A DNA stretch of 64,000 nucleotides, taken from contig JAQBYT010000003.1 of NCBI GenBank assembly GCA_027622665.1, positions 128,001-192,000 on the forward strand. The letters run 5' to 3'. Positions 60,591 through 64,000 of the stretch are shown here, in pieces. A program made the position numbers and the translations under genes. Every line of letters starts with the position of its first letter. The stretch's first letter is position 1. The stretch is from Verrucomicrobiota bacterium (GTDB lineage: Bacteria; Verrucomicrobiota; Verrucomicrobiia; Opitutales; Seribacteraceae). The notes under the pieces are model-generated. The model did no database searches. It had not been told where the DNA came from and saw only the letters and a program-made list of their open reading frames with translations.

Positions 60591-61416
60591 CGTTTTGGTT
60601 TTCTCGCAAGCCACCGATGCGCCCAAACATGGGAATAATCATAGCAACGCTATGAGATAAGCCAGCCTCCTTGACCAAGATCTGGCATAGGCGCCGGCCT
60701 TTGTCGGAGACGATGAACCGCATATTCTCCTCCAAGCCTTTGTTGCGACCGATGGGAAGCATCAGCACTCCGGCTTTCAAGTTGAGACTTTGTACACGGG
60801 TAGAGAGGCTTTCCCCACGCTCAATCCATGGTCGCTCGTTCAAATCTCGCTCAAGGGCAGCTAGCACACTCTTGTAATGAAAGTCCAGCGTACGGGTCTC
60901 GTCGGCATAGTCAGCCAACTGATCCTGTACACCCTCACCGTTTGCTCGTTCTTCCTCTATTCGATTTCTTATGGTCTGTAGCTCAGCAGTTTTTGCGGGA
61001 TTTGCCAAAGCTAGCCGATCGAAATCCTCCTGAGCATGCTCAAATTCTTTCTTTAGAGCCTCGATGGCGAGGTTAGCCTGATGGGTCGCATCACGAGTTT
61101 GGGCAACCTTGTCTCGCTCCGCCTGAAGGTTAGACTCAGATTCCAGAATGAGACGTTCGTTAGAAATGGTATCTTGCTTGATTGAGCTCAATTCATCCTG
61201 AAGGCTCTGATTGTCCCGTTTCTTTCGGGCTAGGTTGGCTTCTTGGGCACTCTTTTTTTCGGCCGCAGATTGCTCCAGTAGAGAAAATTCTTCGTTGAGC
61301 GTACTTAGCTGAGTGGAGGCATCCTCACCCCGCATCCAAAGCAACAATACGAATACCAAGGCGGCAATAGAGAAAATTATCGCAAGCCAAATTTCGATCC
61401 GAGAAATTTTGTACAT
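60571..61416 (-). CDS. Membrane-anchored coiled-coil protein with C-terminal beta domain (paralog of neighbour)
   Basis: TM IWLAIIFSIAALVFVLLLW; coiled coil; RPWI...GVLMLPIGRNKGLEENMRFIV. Confidence 0.78.
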   Translation of the reverse strand: MYKISRIEIWLAIIFSIAALVFVLLLWMRGEDASTQLSTLNEEFSLLEQSAAEKKSAQEANLARKKRDNQSLQDELSSIKQDTISNERLILESESNLQAERDKVAQTRDATHQANLAIEALKKEFEHAQEDFDRLALANPAKTAELQTIRNRIEEERANGEGVQDQLADYADETRTLDFHYKSVLAALERDLNERPWIERGESLSTRVQSLNLKAGVLMLPIGRNKGLEENMRFIVSDKGRRLCQILVKEAGLSHSVAMIIPMFGRIGGLRENQNVEITNL

Positions 61417-61419
61417 ATG

Positions 61420-62043
61420 CTATAAGGGAGGCAAGGGAGCAAAAGGGGAAGGAGCAACTACATCTCCTACGCCCGGTAAAGGTGGCAAACCGGAATCCGG
61501 CGGCATTGGAGCAAATGGGGATGGCGCCGCCGGGTCTTCGGGAATGGCGGGAGTAGGAAGCGGGCCAAGTTCCTCGATGACCGGGGTAGTGGGAGCAAAT
61601 GGTTCAGGAACGAAAGGCAACGGCTCTTCGGTTGCGGGTGGTTCCGAATCTTCGACGGCATCGGGTTTCGAAATATCCATACCGGCTTCCTTTTCTATTT
61701 CCTTGCGCCTAGAGTTCAACCTAGCTTTCTCGGACTCTATCCAGCGTTTTTCGCGAATGGCATCTTCATCCTTTCGCCTTGCAATCATGAGGTTCTCAGT
61801 AATGAGGGGGCCCCTTCCCCACCAACGATCGTAATCAATGAGGCCATTTTCATTTCGCCCCCAGTTCCTTCCGATTCGCTTATTTCCAAACGAGGAGATG
61901 AGTCGACGATTATCAAGATCATAATGGTATCGAGCATTCCATTCTTGATAAACAATCGGAGCTTCGCTCTCCGTACGATAAAAGCACCCATCGAACAAAA
62001 CGATGGCAATAATAGAAAGTAGACTTGAAGGAAATACCCTCAT
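61420..62043 (-). CDS. Lipoprotein with WxARxxYD domain and Pro-rich xPF tail
   Basis: VLFDGC lipobox-like; WNARYHYDLDNRRLI...ENGLIDYDRWW; tail with LPF, EPF and two SPF. Confidence 0.75.
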   Translation of the reverse strand: MRVFPSSLLSIIAIVLFDGCFYRTESEAPIVYQEWNARYHYDLDNRRLISSFGNKRIGRNWGRNENGLIDYDRWWGRGPLITENLMIARRKDEDAIREKRWIESEKARLNSRRKEIEKEAGMDISKPDAVEDSEPPATEEPLPFVPEPFAPTTPVIEELGPLPTPAIPEDPAAPSPFAPMPPDSGLPPLPGVGDVVAPSPFAPLPPL

Positions 62044-62098
62044 AATTGAATACCATTGCTACGCATAGGCAAAAAAGCAAGCGCGTAGAAAAGCATTA

Positions 62099-62644
62099 TC
62101 ATGCCTCCACAGGAGGTTTCCAGACAAAACGAAATGGCTTGTTTTCCCATTCCGGACCAGCGTAACCAATGCCAATACGAGGACCGATGACGATTTCATC
62201 ACAATTAACGACAAAATTGTCGTCCTCGACCCAAAGCCCTGATCTTTCATCAATCTCCGACCGGTTACAGTCTCGATTAACCGAGAATGCCTGGGTAAGA
62301 CGACCGGGACCGACCACACCACAACACCCTCGGATAAGAACTGCAGCCGGGTAGTCTATGGGACCGGTCACGGCATTCAACATCCAGTGCATACCATAGC
62401 ACAGGTAAACGTACCAGTGCCCTGCGGGCCCGAACATCACCTCGTTTCGAGCGGTTTTGCCACGATGGGCATGGCAAGCCTTGTCCGCCGGTCCATCGTA
62501 AGCCTCAGTCTCACAAATTCTCATGCGAAAAGATTCCGAGGACTCCGACGCTCTACGACAAAGCCATTTGCCAATAAGCTCTCGAGCCACTTCAACTGTA
62601 GACCGATTAAAAAACGAAGAATCCAGCACCTTGCTTTTTCTCAT
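62099..62644 (-). CDS. DNA-3-methyladenine glycosylase (MPG/AAG family)
   Basis: VARELIGK, ETEAY, YVYLCYGMHW, AVLIR, GPGRL, PRIGI. Confidence 0.95.
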   Translation of the reverse strand: MRKSKVLDSSFFNRSTVEVARELIGKWLCRRASESSESFRMRICETEAYDGPADKACHAHRGKTARNEVMFGPAGHWYVYLCYGMHWMLNAVTGPIDYPAAVLIRGCCGVVGPGRLTQAFSVNRDCNRSEIDERSGLWVEDDNFVVNCDEIVIGPRIGIGYAGPEWENKPFRFVWKPPVEA

Positions 62645-62660
62645 TTTAAAAAGCAAAAAG

Positions 62661-63116
62661 CTAATACTTCTTGTCTCGAGAATCGAGCAGTATGGTCACG
62701 GGACCGTCATCCACCGCCTCAACGTCCATATGAGCGCGAAACCGTCCGGTGGGGACCGGCTTTTGAAGCTCTTCGGTCATCCTCTCTACAAAACATTCGT
62801 AAAGAGTCTCCCCGAGATCAGGTGAAGCCGCCCGATTGAAGGAGGGGCGAAAACCCTTTCTCACATTCCCATAGAGAGTGAATTGACTCACTACCAGCAC
62901 ATCCAAATCTCTATCCTTCAAGGACAAGTTCATCCGGTCTTCATCGTCTTCAAAGATTCTTAATCCGGCGATTTTAGGAACTAGCCAGTTCAAATCTCCG
63001 ACCTCATCCTCACCCGAGACTCCAAGATATACCAGAAGACCTTCTCCGATTTCACCAACGACTGCACCCTCCACTCGAACAAGTGCTCTTTGAACTCGAC
63101 GTACGACAGCCCTCAT
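62661..63116 (-). CDS. dtd: D-aminoacyl-tRNA deacylase
   Basis: LRIFED, VSQFTL, RPSF, GPVT. Confidence 0.96.
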   Translation of the reverse strand: MRAVVRRVQRALVRVEGAVVGEIGEGLLVYLGVSGEDEVGDLNWLVPKIAGLRIFEDDEDRMNLSLKDRDLDVLVVSQFTLYGNVRKGFRPSFNRAASPDLGETLYECFVERMTEELQKPVPTGRFRAHMDVEAVDDGPVTILLDSRDKKY

Positions 63117-63240
63117 CTAGACCCCGAATGGATAGCGTTGTGATATCCCCGAAAACGAGGGCAACATAATACAATCCCCCGGACAATTCTTCAGAAACTG
63201 AAAATTATGCAGATTCTGCTGAGACAAAATGGTTAAACGC

Positions 63241-64000
63241 CTAGTCTTCCGCCGCTACGGCATCCATGACCTCGGCTACGGCTTCAGCAGCCAAGGGGGT
63301 GGTGAGATAACGTTCTCCACAACTAGCCCCAATAACGACGATGCGTTTACCTGCCATTTCAGGACGGTTGCCAATACGCAAGGCGGCCGTGACCGCAGCC
63401 CCCGTGGAAATACCTCCGAGAATCCCTTCTTCAACACCAAGGCGACGAGCCATAGCGAATGCGTCATCGCTGTTAACTCGTTGCACCTCGTCCACTATAT
63501 CCAAATTCAAATTCTTGGGCACAAAGCCGGCCCCGATCCCTTGTATCTTATGCGGCCCCGGCTTCACCTCTTCTCCGGCGAGGGTTTGGGTGATTACCGG
63601 ACTTTCCTCCGGTTCGACCGCTACCGAAAGGAGATCGGGGTTGCGTTGCTTGATCACCTCGGAAACTCCTGTGATCGTGCCACCGGTTCCAACGCCGGCG
63701 ACAAATGCGGCGATATCCCCCTCCACGTCGGACCATATTTCCTCGGCAGTCGTCTGACGGTGAATCTCCGGATTGGCAGGGTTTTCAAATTGCTGCGGCA
63801 TAAATCCTCTTTCGCCATACTCCTCCAACAATGAATTCGCCTTGGCGATAGCACCCGGCATTCCTTTGGCGCCGGGAGTAAGCACGATGTCGGCTCCCAG
63901 TAAGCGGAGGAGGACTCGGCGCTCCTTCGACATGGTTTCCGGCATCGTCAAAAGGCACTTATAACCTTTGGCTGCGCAAACGAAGGCAAGAGCAATGCCC
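63241..64000 (-). CDS. cysK: Cysteine synthase A (5' end outside window)
   Basis: [13 protein letters not shown]...[37 protein letters not shown]. Confidence 0.96.
   Translation of the reverse strand, partial: GIALAFVCAAKGYKCLLTMPETMSKERRVLLRLLGADIVLTPGAKGMPGAIAKANSLLEEYGERGFMPQQFENPANPEIHRQTTAEEIWSDVEGDIAAFVAGVGTGGTITGVSEVIKQRNPDLLSVAVEPEESPVITQTLAGEEVKPGPHKIQGIGAGFVPKNLNLDIVDEVQRVNSDDAFAMARRLGVEEGILGGISTGAAVTAALRIGNRPEMAGKRIVVIGASCGERYLTTPLAAEAVAEVMDAVAAED

Overview
A 64 kb bacterial chromosomal window. Gene content suggests a marine Verrucomicrobiota (probably Opitutales-like) genome; this is inference, not a database result. It has three parts. (1) 1-4300 is core: the 5' part of a probable rho with a long disordered N-terminal extension (missed by the ORF track), coaE, tRNA-Tyr(GTA), a membrane J-domain protein and htpG. 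(2) About 4300-35600 is an accessory, often GC-rich block. It holds five intact sulfatases (two with non-canonical maturation motifs), three sulfatase pseudogenes, two large PVC-type c-heme beta-propeller/HEAT proteins, a DUF1592-type/DUF1552 pair, a DUF1549/1553-DUF1501-WD40 triplet, ThuA-like, PhoD-like and SGNH esterase genes, mscS-cdd, and one AT-rich orphan PD-(D/E)xK-like nuclease. (3) 35600-64000 is mostly core (rplM-rpsI, argCJBDFG, trpG/pabA, nrdR, pheA, ilvD, pgi, mpg, dtd, cysK) but encloses an uncharacterised envelope cluster at 51.4-62 kb. That cluster has a MotA/TolQ/ExbB proton-channel subunit and two different ExbD-like partners (one with a membrane-proximal Asp, one without it but carrying an SHD1-like domain). 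It also has two paralogous lipoproteins with Pro-rich xPF/NPF/DPF tails and two paralogous membrane-anchored coiled-coil proteins. It is the best candidate for an undescribed system. No CRISPR array, rRNA, integrase or transposase was seen. All family assignments come from motif recognition by eye.
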